64,000 bases of DNA, from the NCBI GenBank assembly GCA_044342325.1, contig JBIIPZ010000003.1, forward strand, positions 36,930-100,929. The letters run 5' to 3'. The notes beneath the pieces were generated by a model. The model did no database searches, was not told the DNA's origin, and saw only the letters and a list, made by a program, of their open reading frames with translations. Of this stretch, positions 21,701 to 30,588 are shown in pieces. A program made the translations under genes and the position numbers. Within the stretch, counting starts at the first letter, position 1, and each line of letters opens with the position of its first letter. The DNA comes from Terrimicrobiaceae bacterium (GTDB lineage: Bacteria; Verrucomicrobiota; Verrucomicrobiia; Chthoniobacterales; Terrimicrobiaceae).

Positions 21701-24700
21701 TGGCCGGAAAGGATCCATCCCTCTCGACCACGACGGGCGGCAAGCTACAGCTCGATGGCACGCTCCAAGCCTACTCGGTTGCCAAGGGCGGTTCCCTCTC
21801 GCTTCAGGCAAATACAGTTCAAATCGGCGGCACCTCTGCGCCCGAAGGCACGTTTTTCCTACAACCTGACTTTTTCCGTAAAGGAGGCTTTACGAATTAC
21901 TCGGTCCAAGGCATTGGAGCTCGCGCCACAGATGGATCTTATGTGCCCGGCGTGAAAGTAGTCTCGGGAACCGTCATCGAGCCAGTGGCAGAACAATGGC
22001 GTCACTTGCCCATGGCAGATGCGAAAAAACTATCAAATGCCATTGCTCGTCTCGGCGATCAGGAAAGCGCGCAAACCGCATCAATTTTGGCCGAAGCGGG
22101 ATCATACTCGGATTTGAGCAGCTTGGGATTCCGCCGAATGGGCATGGATGCCCTGTTCCCTGTGCTTTTGCCCGAGGGTCTGCGCCAACCAGCCAGCCTG
22201 ACACTTTCCGCTTCAGGTTATGACGATGCCTTCACCGAGGATCGGGTGGAAGCCCTCGGCATAGTGGATTTCCAAGAAGAAGCCAAGATTCTCACCGATG
22301 CAGGTGCAACTGTTCGGATGTCGGGTGATTTTGTTCGAGTCGCCGGAGAAATCAGCGCGCCGGGTGGCACGATAGAAATAACCGGTCGGTCTTCATTCCG
22401 CCTCCCCCAAACGACCGTGGCCAGCTTTGCTTTGCCTACTGTCCACCTGACACCCTCCGCCAAGCTTTCTGTGGCGGGCAAAACAGTCCAACTCGATGAC
22501 CCCTACACATGGAACGCCGGCATCATCCACCCCGGCGGCACAATCAAGATCTCGGGCAACATCCTCGCCGAATCCGGATCTCTGCTCGACGCTTCAGGCA
22601 CATCGGCCGTTCTGGATTTTCACCCCTCGCGCCTTGACCCGGAGCTTGTCGGCAAAGCTCCCGCCAACTCCGGTTTGAACTCGGCCCCATGGCAACGCCA
22701 GGCCGTTGCGGTTAGAGTGGACAGCGATGGCGGTCGCATCGAACTCTCGGGCTCGCAATTTCTTTATGCAGACTCGACACTTCTGGCAAAAGCCGGTGGC
22801 GAAACGGCGGTTGGTGGAACTCTTTCAGTTTCCTCGGGGAGGTTCTACGCCTCGGGCGAATCCCGAACCGGCGCTGACACCAATCTCTTCCTGGCGGCAA
22901 GCGGCCAAGCCTCGCGCATTGCTTCCACCTCCACACTGTCGAATATTTCCAGCGGCCTGCTCGCCAGCTCAACGCCGGACGCCTACCTTGCCTCCACACT
23001 CCTATCGGCCACGACAGGCTCTCAAGGCGTCGGGTTCTTCGCCATGGATCGTTTCATAAGCGGTGGATTCGACTTCCTCGACCTCGGATTCAAATATTTC
23101 AAGGACGCCTCGCCGATTCCATACGGCGGCAATTTGGAATTTCTCGAATCTGTATCGATCAATGCCAAAGGTGCGGTTCGTCTCGCCGGTGGCGGGGTCA
23201 TTCGCTCCACATTCCCTGTCTCCGTCTCGGCCCCCTATGTTGCCATCGGCCAGGAATTCCTCGCACCACTCAACCCCGCAGACCCCTACCAACCTTTCCG
23301 CGAATTCAACGCAGGCACAGGAGGAACTCCATCCTACAACTTCGCGCCTTCTTTGGGTGACGGCTCTCTCACCGTCTCAGCGAAGCTGATCGATATCGGA
23401 ACACTCGTCACCAGGGGAATCTCAAACACCAAGTTCACCTCGGAAGGCGATATCCGGGGCAACGGCATCGTCAGCGTTGCAGGCAAGCTCTCTTTCCAAG
23501 CCGCCCAGATGTATCCCACCACCGGCTCTCGCTTTGATGTGTTCGCCTACGACAGCGGTGCCACGAAAGGCTCGATCTCCGTCACCTCGACATCCACCCC
23601 CTCCCTTCCTCTTTCCGCCGGAGGCCGACTCCGCATGTTCGCCGACTCCATCCAGATCGCCGGAAATCTCCGCGCCCCGATGGGGTCGATTGTCTTGGGT
23701 TGGGATGGAACCGCCTCCTCCAAGCCAGAAAACATTGTTGTCGGCAGCACAGCCACCCTCTCAGCCACTTCCAGCTTGAGCTTGGCCAAGGGAGCATCCA
23801 TTTCCGTATCGGGCGTCGATCCCACAACAGGAACTGAAATTCTTGTTCCCTACGGCATCAGCCCGGATGGCCTAACTTGGATCGATCCACGCGGCGTCGA
23901 TATCACTGTTTCGGGCCTCCCAGACCGCGGTGTCAGCCTTGCAGGAAATAGCGTCGCCATGGATTCCAGCGCCACCATCGACCTGCGCGGCGGAGGCGAT
24001 TTATTGGCCTACCGCTGGATTCCAGGCATCGGTGGATCGGCTGACCCTCTCGGCACTGCCACGCGCTCTTGGTCTTCGGGCTCGGAATACAATGCTGGCG
24101 ACCTCGTGAGCCACAGCGGGAAAACATGGTCGGCCCGCCGCGATATCGACCCGACCGACTTCACATCCTCTCCCACGCCCTCCGAAAGCGTCTATTGGAG
24201 TCTCGTTCCCGAATCCTACGCCGTCTTGCCGGGAACAGCCCTTAACTTCTCTCCTTTCAACCCCTTCAACTCCGGCGTGAACTCTGGCAGCCTCTCGGGC
24301 GATCCAGGATTTGTCTCAAGCTCCTTGCGGGTTGGCGAGCAGGTCGAACTCCCCGCTTCAAGCGGACTTGCCGCGGGATCGCACACACTCCTGCCCAGAC
24401 GCTATGCGATCCTTCCCGGAGCCTTCCTGGTTGTGCCTCAAAGCGGATCACTCACAAACACAAGCGCCGTCAGGTCCACCCGCAGCCCTGGGGCACTTAA
24501 ATCAGCTCCTTCGAATACCCAAGCAGTCGAGATGGCGGAAGGCTCGCGCTTTGTCTCGGGGCGGACTCTCAATGGACTTACCTCAACCACCGAAACCTCG
24601 CCCGTGCTCTCCCGCTTCGAGGTAGTCCCTCCGACCGTCATCGCTGACCGCGTGCAGTTCGACACCTACAAGGCCAATGAATTCCTCGCAGCGGCAGCAG

Positions 24701-27700
24701 CCCGACTTGACCTGCCTGAAACCCAAATGCTCCCAAAGGACTCGGCTCCGCTCCACATCCAAGGAAACCACCGCCTCTCTCTCGAAGGAACAGTCCTCTC
24801 CCCCAGCGTTGTCGGAGGTCGAGGCGCGCGCGTGGACATAGGGAGTGATGCTAATATATATATCATTGGTGGAGAAGGAACAGCTCCGGGAGGAATCTCC
24901 GCCATTCTCTCAACGCCGATCCTGAACTCCTGGAAAGCGGACAGCCTATTCATTGGCGGTCTCCGTGAAAAATCCTCCACTGGAACGACTGCCAGCATCC
25001 GGACCAATTCGATCACTGTTGCCAATGCCGGGGATACTCTCGAGGCACCAGAAATCACCTTGGCATCAAAGTCCAGCATCACCCTCTATGCCGGTTCCTC
25101 TCTCGCAAGCTCCGCACCTCCTTCGACTTCAGCTGAAAACATAGCCATCGCGGGCGATGGAAGTCTCCTGCGGGTTTCAGGGGATTCCTCCGCCTCCATC
25201 ACTCGCACAGGCGCAACCTCCTCCTCGGCACCATCACTTTCCATCGGGGCCAATGCCCGCATTACAGGAAAAGGAGTGATATTGGATTCGACGAACGCCT
25301 CGATTATTGCCCCATCGTTGAACCTGGCAGCCTCGGCCCTTACTCTCGGAAGCGGTCAAATCAGCGTTCTTTTCGAGCCACAGCCCACCGGATTGGCGGG
25401 TTCTGTAGTAAACAATCATCTAACTCTTCAAGGCGATTTCCTGAGAAACGCCTTTGCCTCGAATGCACTCACGCTACAAAGCTACCGCACGATCGACGTG
25501 TATGGCTCCGCAGCGTCCACTCATCAACTAAACTCGCTCAAACTGCTCTCTTCCGGTGTCCGTGGCTACACATCCGCAGGCACAAACATCCAACTCAACG
25601 CATCGGATGTCCTCTTCTCCAATCCGAACAGCGCTGCTGGACTTGCCAATCCCAGCACCAACACGGGGCTCCTTGCCATCACAGCACAGAACATCCGCTT
25701 CGGGGAGAACGGATTTGCAATCGCCGGATTCAACTCTCTTGATCTGGCATCAACCAACGGTGCCAAAGCCGACTCCAAGGGGTCGTTCTCGACAACAGGA
25801 AGTCTTTCGCTCTCCACTCCGCTTCTGACAGCCTCCCAAGGTATATCCTACAGCCTCACGGCATCTTCTGCGTTATCGATGCTCGCATCAGGCCATTCCT
25901 CAACCATCACTCCGGGTCTTGGAGCAACGCTAAATCTCGCAGGTTCCTCGGTGAGTTTAGCGTCAAATATAGCTCTACCAAGCGGCTCACTCATTGCAAC
26001 CGCCTCATCGGGAGACATCATTGTTTCAGGAACCCTGATGGCAGAGGGAACTGCGAAAAATTTTTATGATGTGACCCGATTTACCGATGCAGGAGCCATC
26101 GAGTTGAACGCCAAGGCCGGTAAAGTGACACTCGCCAACGGCAGTCGTGTTTCGGTCGCCGCTTCTTCCGCAGGCGGCAACGCAGGTTCGCTGACTATCA
26201 AATCTCCGAGCGGAATTTTTGTGAATGATGGGCTCATCTCCGGTGCCGCAGGTCTCGCCGGACTCGCTGGCACATTCTCACTCGATGCAGGAACAATCGC
26301 CTCATTTGCCGATCTTTCAACCGATCTTGCCTCATCCGGCTTCAGCCGCGAACAAAACCTGCGAGTGCGCAATGGCGATATAGCAATTGATCAAAATCTG
26401 ACCGTTCAGAAATTCACCCTTTCCACAGATAATGGCGGAATTGTTGTGAATGCTCGCATTGACGCATCAGGTCAGACTGGTGGTCGGATCGAACTCATTG
26501 CGCGGAACAATCTAACCCTTTCGCCAACTGGAAGCCTGACCGTGGCGGCCCAGCGCTTCAGCAATGCCGGAAAAGGTGGCCACATCCACCTGGAGGCAGG
26601 CTCGGCGGTCAATGGATCTCCAAACACCGCCGCCCTCCTCGATCTCCAATCTGGTTCTAACATCAACCTCTCAGTCTCCGAGTTCGTCGCGGGCGATTAC
26701 CTCACCGCCGGGTCCAGCGCCTTCAGCGGCAAATTCCAAGGAACCCTCCACCTCCGCGCTCCACGAAGCGGCAACGATGTCCGCATCGACCGGATAGACT
26801 CCACCATCACCGGAGCCTCAGCCATCTCGGTGGAACCATTCCGAGTCTACGAACCGGCTGGCGGCACCATGAACATTGTCTTGAGGAATACTATCAACAC
26901 AGACAACACCTCGTTCATGAACGCTGGCGAAGCTGCGATGCTTGCCCGTCTTCTCCCCAGTGGGAGCACATTGGGAAGCGCTCTAGCCATCACTCCAGGT
27001 GTTGAAATCCTCAACCGCACCGGCGACCTCACTCTAGGCCTGGCCAACAACTCAAACGCAGGAAGCACCAATGTGGAAGCCCTCTCGGGAGCGGACTGGG
27101 ATCTTTCCTCCTTCCGTTATGGAACCCGCCAAGCCCCTGGTGTCCTGACTCTCAGAGCAAAGAACGATTTGGTTTTCAACAACACCCTCAGCGACGGGTT
27201 CACACCCATCGCGCAAGGATCAGCCGCGAATTTCGCGGACATTGGTCATTCCCAAATGTGGCTTGCCACACCCCAATCCATCAACACCCTGCTCCCAATA
27301 AACCTTCAGTCCTGGCGCTACCGCTTCGCTGCGGGCTCGGATTTGGCATCCACAGCCCACCGCCGCACAGTGTCTGCGGACACCCTGGCCGCCGGCAAGG
27401 GATCAATTCTCGTAGGAGAATTTTATTCCACTGTTCCAAACACCGCCACCTCGGGAGCCAACGCCGCGATCGGCAAGGACGGCCAGACGGCTGATTCTAT
27501 TCGGATATCCAGCACAACATCAGATCGCGGCACGCGTTATGAAGTCGTTCGCACCGGCACTGGAGATATTGACATCGCCGCTGCCAAAGATGTCCAGCTT
27601 CGCAACGCTTTCGCCACCATCTACACTTCCGGCGTCGCCTTGCCCGATCCCACACGGATTTTCAAAACAGGCGATTTTTCCCTGCCGATTGTAGTGCGTG

Positions 27701-30588
27701 CCAGCCGACACCCCGATCAAGGCAATCTCGGCGCGATTCAACAAGCCACCAATCCCTCTTATACCATGGCAGGCGGCCTCGTTGCCATCTCCGCAGGCAA
27801 TGACATCGGCCGCTTCACTCGGATCAGCGGACAAACTGTAGCCGACGCCAGTCGTCAGATCCCCACAAACTGGCTCTACCGCCGCGGACAGGTGGACTCC
27901 GCAACGGGGCTTTTCGTTGAAGGCGGCGTCGGAAATCCCGGAAGCCTTGGTTCGTTCACAGACCAGTCGGCCTCCACCACGTGGTGGGTTGATTTCAGCA
28001 ATTACTTCGGCGGCTTTGGAGCTTTAGGTGGAGGAGGCGTTACGCTTGCCGCAGGCAGGGACTTGATAAATGCCGATGCCTCCGTGCCAACGAACGCCCG
28101 CATGGCCGGCTTGGACAACAACCAACGGATTGCTCCGTCACTGGAAAAACTCCAGCAACTCGGTGGCGGCGATCTTTCCATTACTGCCGGGCGCAACATC
28201 GACGGTGGTTCGTTCCTCGTCGACCGGGGAGGCGCATTGCTCGTAGCTGGGGCTGAAGTCACGACGAATTCCGCCCAATCCCCCTCGCGCGGCAATATGG
28301 GAACCTCCGGCCAATCTTCCTTGGTTTACGACGAACTTGTCTGGCAACCCGTCACCCTCTTCGGATCGGACTCGACATTTACCATCAACGCCCGGGGAGA
28401 CATCTTGGTCGGCGCCGCCACAAATCCTTTTCTCATGCCTCAAGGTGTGAACAACAAATTCTGGTATAAAACCCAGTTCAATACGGTGAACCCAACTGCT
28501 GCCGTATCCGTCAATTCCTTTGGCGGAGCCATCACCCACCGCCTCGCAGTCACTCTTCCAGGCGACTCACTCGCCATTCCAGTCCTTGAGGCAGCCTATC
28601 GGCAAACCTCTGCAATTTCACCCCAGTCCGCAGGATACTTCCGCCCATGGTTGCGACTCTCCGAATTGAACACCAACATGTTCCGGACAGCGGCCACAGT
28701 GGCGCTGCCATCCCTCAAGTCGAATGCGTTCGGTGGGGATATCAATATCGTCGGACCACTCAACCTCTTCCCATCCCCTCAGGGCGGATTGGAACTCCTC
28801 TCCTCCGGGACCCTCAATGGTCTCAACCCTTCCGGCATCACTACCACGACAGTGGATGGGGCCAGCAAACAGGTCACCGCTTGGACCGCCACCAGCCTCA
28901 ACCTCTCCGACGCGAATCCCGCAGCACTCGCACGCTCCACGACTCCCTATTCGATCCAAGCCTCACTTGGTGTTCGCGATGCCCTGACCCTCCGCGACAC
29001 CACCTTGAACCCATTTGCGGATTTTGATGCTGCTTTCTCGGAGACCGGAGCATTCACGGGCGAGGCGGCAGCCATCGATATCAAGAGCGCTTTGCACAAT
29101 CCATCGCCTCTCCACTCAGGCAACCCGAACCCACTACGCCTCTATGCGACCGGCGGAGATCTTACCGGGGTGACCCTCTACTCGGCAAAAAAAGTCCAGA
29201 CGATGGCCATGCGCGATGTTACAGATATTGCTTTTTACTTGCAGCATACTGGATCGGAGGATGTCTCCATCGTCTCGGCCGGGCGGGATATCATACCGTT
29301 CAATGAAAACTCCAGCCGCCGTGCGACAGCTGGCGATCTGACACTGGGTAACCTCATTGTTGACGAGGCGATGGATACAGCGCTCGATGATTCCAACGGC
29401 ACTCCTGTGCAAACCAAAGCCCTTCCTGGCGACATCCAAATCGGTGGCAGGGGAGTTCTGGAGGTTCTTGCTGGGCGCAATGTGGATCTCGGCACCGGCC
29501 CCAACCTCGTTGATGGACGAGGCAAAGGCATCACAAGTATTGGGCGCTCCAGAAACCCGTTCCTGCCATTCGAGGGAGCCGAACTCGTCGTCCTCGCAGG
29601 AGTGGGTGGCACCTCAGGCGGTCCGGCGATCGGCTTGGCCAAGAGCATTTTGAATTTCTCTGCTCTCAAGGGCGGGACGCCCACCACAGAGTTCGCCGCT
29701 GTCACTGCCCTTAAGGGCCTGTTTGTGGAACTCGCCCGAATCGGCGAGTCTGCCTTGGAATCAAGCGACTACTCCGAAGGCTATGCCTTGGTAAATAAAC
29801 TCTTCGGATCCGCCGTATCCACCGGCGACCTCTTCACCCGCGCCCGCGATATCCGCACCGGCAACGGCGGAGCCATAACCATCGCCACACCTGGCGGCGG
29901 CGTCACCATGGCCTCGGACATCTTTGGCAATCCCCTTACCCCTCCGGGTATTGTGACGGAATACGGTGGTGCGGTTTCAATTCTGACAGACGGTGATGTA
30001 AACATCGGCCAGGCCCGTATCTTCACCCTGCGCGGTGGAGACCTCACCATTTGGTCCTCCAACGGCGACATTGCCGCAGGCAACGCCCCAAAAACTGTCG
30101 TCACCGCCCCTCCGACTCGTGTGTTGATCGACGCCACGAGTGCCGACATCCAAACCGACCTCGGCGGTCTTGCCACCGGTGGTGGTATCGGCGTTCTTGC
30201 AGCCGTTGAAGGCGTTGAAGAAGGGGCCGTCAACCTCATCGCCCCTGGCGGAACGGTGGATGCGGGCGATGCAGGCATCCGCGCCACAGGCGACATCAAA
30301 ATCGCTGCCGCCGCTGTAGTAAATGCTGACAACATCTCCGCAGGAGGGACTTCAGCAGGCGTTCCCTCCTCGCCCACCGTCGCCGCACCGAACATCGGCG
30401 GCCTGACTTCCGGTTCATCGTCATCCGCCGCAGCGAGCAGTGCCGCCAGCCAAGTCAGCCAACAATCCAAACCGGAAGAGAAACCTGTCGAGGAAACCCC
30501 GTCTCTCATAACCGTCGAGGTCCTCGGCTACGGCGGCGGTGACAGCTCATCCGAAAAAGAGGATGAGGAGACTTCGGCGGAGGGCTAA
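18796..30588 (+). CDS. Giant filamentous-haemagglutinin-family TpsA exoprotein (3930 aa) with DUF3739-like C-terminus
   Basis: TPS domain (QALLHWRTFNVG, YIINQNGIVFGAGSQVN), G/S/T-rich beta-helix repeats, C-terminal LTIWSSNGDIAAG..KT..APP..GTVDAGDAGIR, terminal ITVEVLGYG. Confidence 0.92.
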   Translation: MLKTGHRTKYHLRAFEFLAARRRSRAVLTCTLLASFLATMPTAGLQAGDILRGGASGGNAKRNSEARANAGAAAAEAAKVRAQDRLARTTKAVNDMRALQASARAAAAANTIPNGLIEGGLNPIVGGTWTGANPATASGNNVNIKQTAAQALLHWRTFNVGSQTTLNFDQSAGGADSGKWIAFNKVFDPDAKPSQIRGKINAQGQVYIINQNGIVFGAGSQVNARTLVASALPINDNLVANGLLNNRNAEFLFSKDFANDPTATFGDIVVERGALLSSPEGEGGNGGRIMLLGANVRNAGEISTPSGQSILAAGLQVGVAAHAESDPSLRGLDVWVGDVGSYGGTVANSGLVESQRGSIVAVGKQITQSGALESSTSVNLNGRIDLLASYGAVGFPGYDSSFQPPFLNRSTGIVEFSSGSTTRILPDFSSNKKIPGTKLAQSSQVNIEGLGIHFAGGSSLIATAGAVGIRAGIWPFVDTNNDGIVTNATEASQQISNGRQRFLLSGGQVNIASSALLDASGTMDAFVPLANNFLAVQLRGSELADSPLQRSGGLRGKPLLVDLRRSGSYGGRGWIGTPLGDLTGFANITERDIAQLTTHGGSISISAGDSVSAATGATIDVSGGYFTHEGGAVRTSRLLRDANIVDMHNATPDVEYDGVYDGLSTFGSSKWGATETYTHPLAPLGGGNERSHVEGAAAGTLSITAPKMALAAELLGQSITGPRQQLLPAAQGTLQIKFQGETKFSTGGSNFVFLNQSPASPNVVFTNNSPSAAPFDFKVVDGTPTEMPFSAGATFAVSSDWWEEEEGGFGNIEIENTEGDITVPSSNPLALPAGGSLKIAGRNISVNSNVSAPGGSILMTAYNYTPMAYARAAAEGLFQNVAAPAAIAGQGTVRVAKGVYLDVAGQFADERPSSINPYQNKVLLSGGTVSLTGYSVLLEPGSLVDASGGVRGRPSGKFQYGNGGSISILAGKDPSLSTTTGGKLQLDGTLQAYSVAKGGSLSLQANTVQIGGTSAPEGTFFLQPDFFRKGGFTNYSVQGIGARATDGSYVPGVKVVSGTVIEPVAEQWRHLPMADAKKLSNAIARLGDQESAQTASILAEAGSYSDLSSLGFRRMGMDALFPVLLPEGLRQPASLTLSASGYDDAFTEDRVEALGIVDFQEEAKILTDAGATVRMSGDFVRVAGEISAPGGTIEITGRSSFRLPQTTVASFALPTVHLTPSAKLSVAGKTVQLDDPYTWNAGIIHPGGTIKISGNILAESGSLLDASGTSAVLDFHPSRLDPELVGKAPANSGLNSAPWQRQAVAVRVDSDGGRIELSGSQFLYADSTLLAKAGGETAVGGTLSVSSGRFYASGESRTGADTNLFLAASGQASRIASTSTLSNISSGLLASSTPDAYLASTLLSATTGSQGVGFFAMDRFISGGFDFLDLGFKYFKDASPIPYGGNLEFLESVSINAKGAVRLAGGGVIRSTFPVSVSAPYVAIGQEFLAPLNPADPYQPFREFNAGTGGTPSYNFAPSLGDGSLTVSAKLIDIGTLVTRGISNTKFTSEGDIRGNGIVSVAGKLSFQAAQMYPTTGSRFDVFAYDSGATKGSISVTSTSTPSLPLSAGGRLRMFADSIQIAGNLRAPMGSIVLGWDGTASSKPENIVVGSTATLSATSSLSLAKGASISVSGVDPTTGTEILVPYGISPDGLTWIDPRGVDITVSGLPDRGVSLAGNSVAMDSSATIDLRGGGDLLAYRWIPGIGGSADPLGTATRSWSSGSEYNAGDLVSHSGKTWSARRDIDPTDFTSSPTPSESVYWSLVPESYAVLPGTALNFSPFNPFNSGVNSGSLSGDPGFVSSSLRVGEQVELPASSGLAAGSHTLLPRRYAILPGAFLVVPQSGSLTNTSAVRSTRSPGALKSAPSNTQAVEMAEGSRFVSGRTLNGLTSTTETSPVLSRFEVVPPTVIADRVQFDTYKANEFLAAAAARLDLPETQMLPKDSAPLHIQGNHRLSLEGTVLSPSVVGGRGARVDIGSDANIYIIGGEGTAPGGISAILSTPILNSWKADSLFIGGLREKSSTGTTASIRTNSITVANAGDTLEAPEITLASKSSITLYAGSSLASSAPPSTSAENIAIAGDGSLLRVSGDSSASITRTGATSSSAPSLSIGANARITGKGVILDSTNASIIAPSLNLAASALTLGSGQISVLFEPQPTGLAGSVVNNHLTLQGDFLRNAFASNALTLQSYRTIDVYGSAASTHQLNSLKLLSSGVRGYTSAGTNIQLNASDVLFSNPNSAAGLANPSTNTGLLAITAQNIRFGENGFAIAGFNSLDLASTNGAKADSKGSFSTTGSLSLSTPLLTASQGISYSLTASSALSMLASGHSSTITPGLGATLNLAGSSVSLASNIALPSGSLIATASSGDIIVSGTLMAEGTAKNFYDVTRFTDAGAIELNAKAGKVTLANGSRVSVAASSAGGNAGSLTIKSPSGIFVNDGLISGAAGLAGLAGTFSLDAGTIASFADLSTDLASSGFSREQNLRVRNGDIAIDQNLTVQKFTLSTDNGGIVVNARIDASGQTGGRIELIARNNLTLSPTGSLTVAAQRFSNAGKGGHIHLEAGSAVNGSPNTAALLDLQSGSNINLSVSEFVAGDYLTAGSSAFSGKFQGTLHLRAPRSGNDVRIDRIDSTITGASAISVEPFRVYEPAGGTMNIVLRNTINTDNTSFMNAGEAAMLARLLPSGSTLGSALAITPGVEILNRTGDLTLGLANNSNAGSTNVEALSGADWDLSSFRYGTRQAPGVLTLRAKNDLVFNNTLSDGFTPIAQGSAANFADIGHSQMWLATPQSINTLLPINLQSWRYRFAAGSDLASTAHRRTVSADTLAAGKGSILVGEFYSTVPNTATSGANAAIGKDGQTADSIRISSTTSDRGTRYEVVRTGTGDIDIAAAKDVQLRNAFATIYTSGVALPDPTRIFKTGDFSLPIVVRASRHPDQGNLGAIQQATNPSYTMAGGLVAISAGNDIGRFTRISGQTVADASRQIPTNWLYRRGQVDSATGLFVEGGVGNPGSLGSFTDQSASTTWWVDFSNYFGGFGALGGGGVTLAAGRDLINADASVPTNARMAGLDNNQRIAPSLEKLQQLGGGDLSITAGRNIDGGSFLVDRGGALLVAGAEVTTNSAQSPSRGNMGTSGQSSLVYDELVWQPVTLFGSDSTFTINARGDILVGAATNPFLMPQGVNNKFWYKTQFNTVNPTAAVSVNSFGGAITHRLAVTLPGDSLAIPVLEAAYRQTSAISPQSAGYFRPWLRLSELNTNMFRTAATVALPSLKSNAFGGDINIVGPLNLFPSPQGGLELLSSGTLNGLNPSGITTTTVDGASKQVTAWTATSLNLSDANPAALARSTTPYSIQASLGVRDALTLRDTTLNPFADFDAAFSETGAFTGEAAAIDIKSALHNPSPLHSGNPNPLRLYATGGDLTGVTLYSAKKVQTMAMRDVTDIAFYLQHTGSEDVSIVSAGRDIIPFNENSSRRATAGDLTLGNLIVDEAMDTALDDSNGTPVQTKALPGDIQIGGRGVLEVLAGRNVDLGTGPNLVDGRGKGITSIGRSRNPFLPFEGAELVVLAGVGGTSGGPAIGLAKSILNFSALKGGTPTTEFAAVTALKGLFVELARIGESALESSDYSEGYALVNKLFGSAVSTGDLFTRARDIRTGNGGAITIATPGGGVTMASDIFGNPLTPPGIVTEYGGAVSILTDGDVNIGQARIFTLRGGDLTIWSSNGDIAAGNAPKTVVTAPPTRVLIDATSADIQTDLGGLATGGGIGVLAAVEGVEEGAVNLIAPGGTVDAGDAGIRATGDIKIAAAAVVNADNISAGGTSAGVPSSPTVAAPNIGGLTSGSSSSAAASSAASQVSQQSKPEEKPVEETPSLITVEVLGYGGGDSSSEKEDEETSAEG

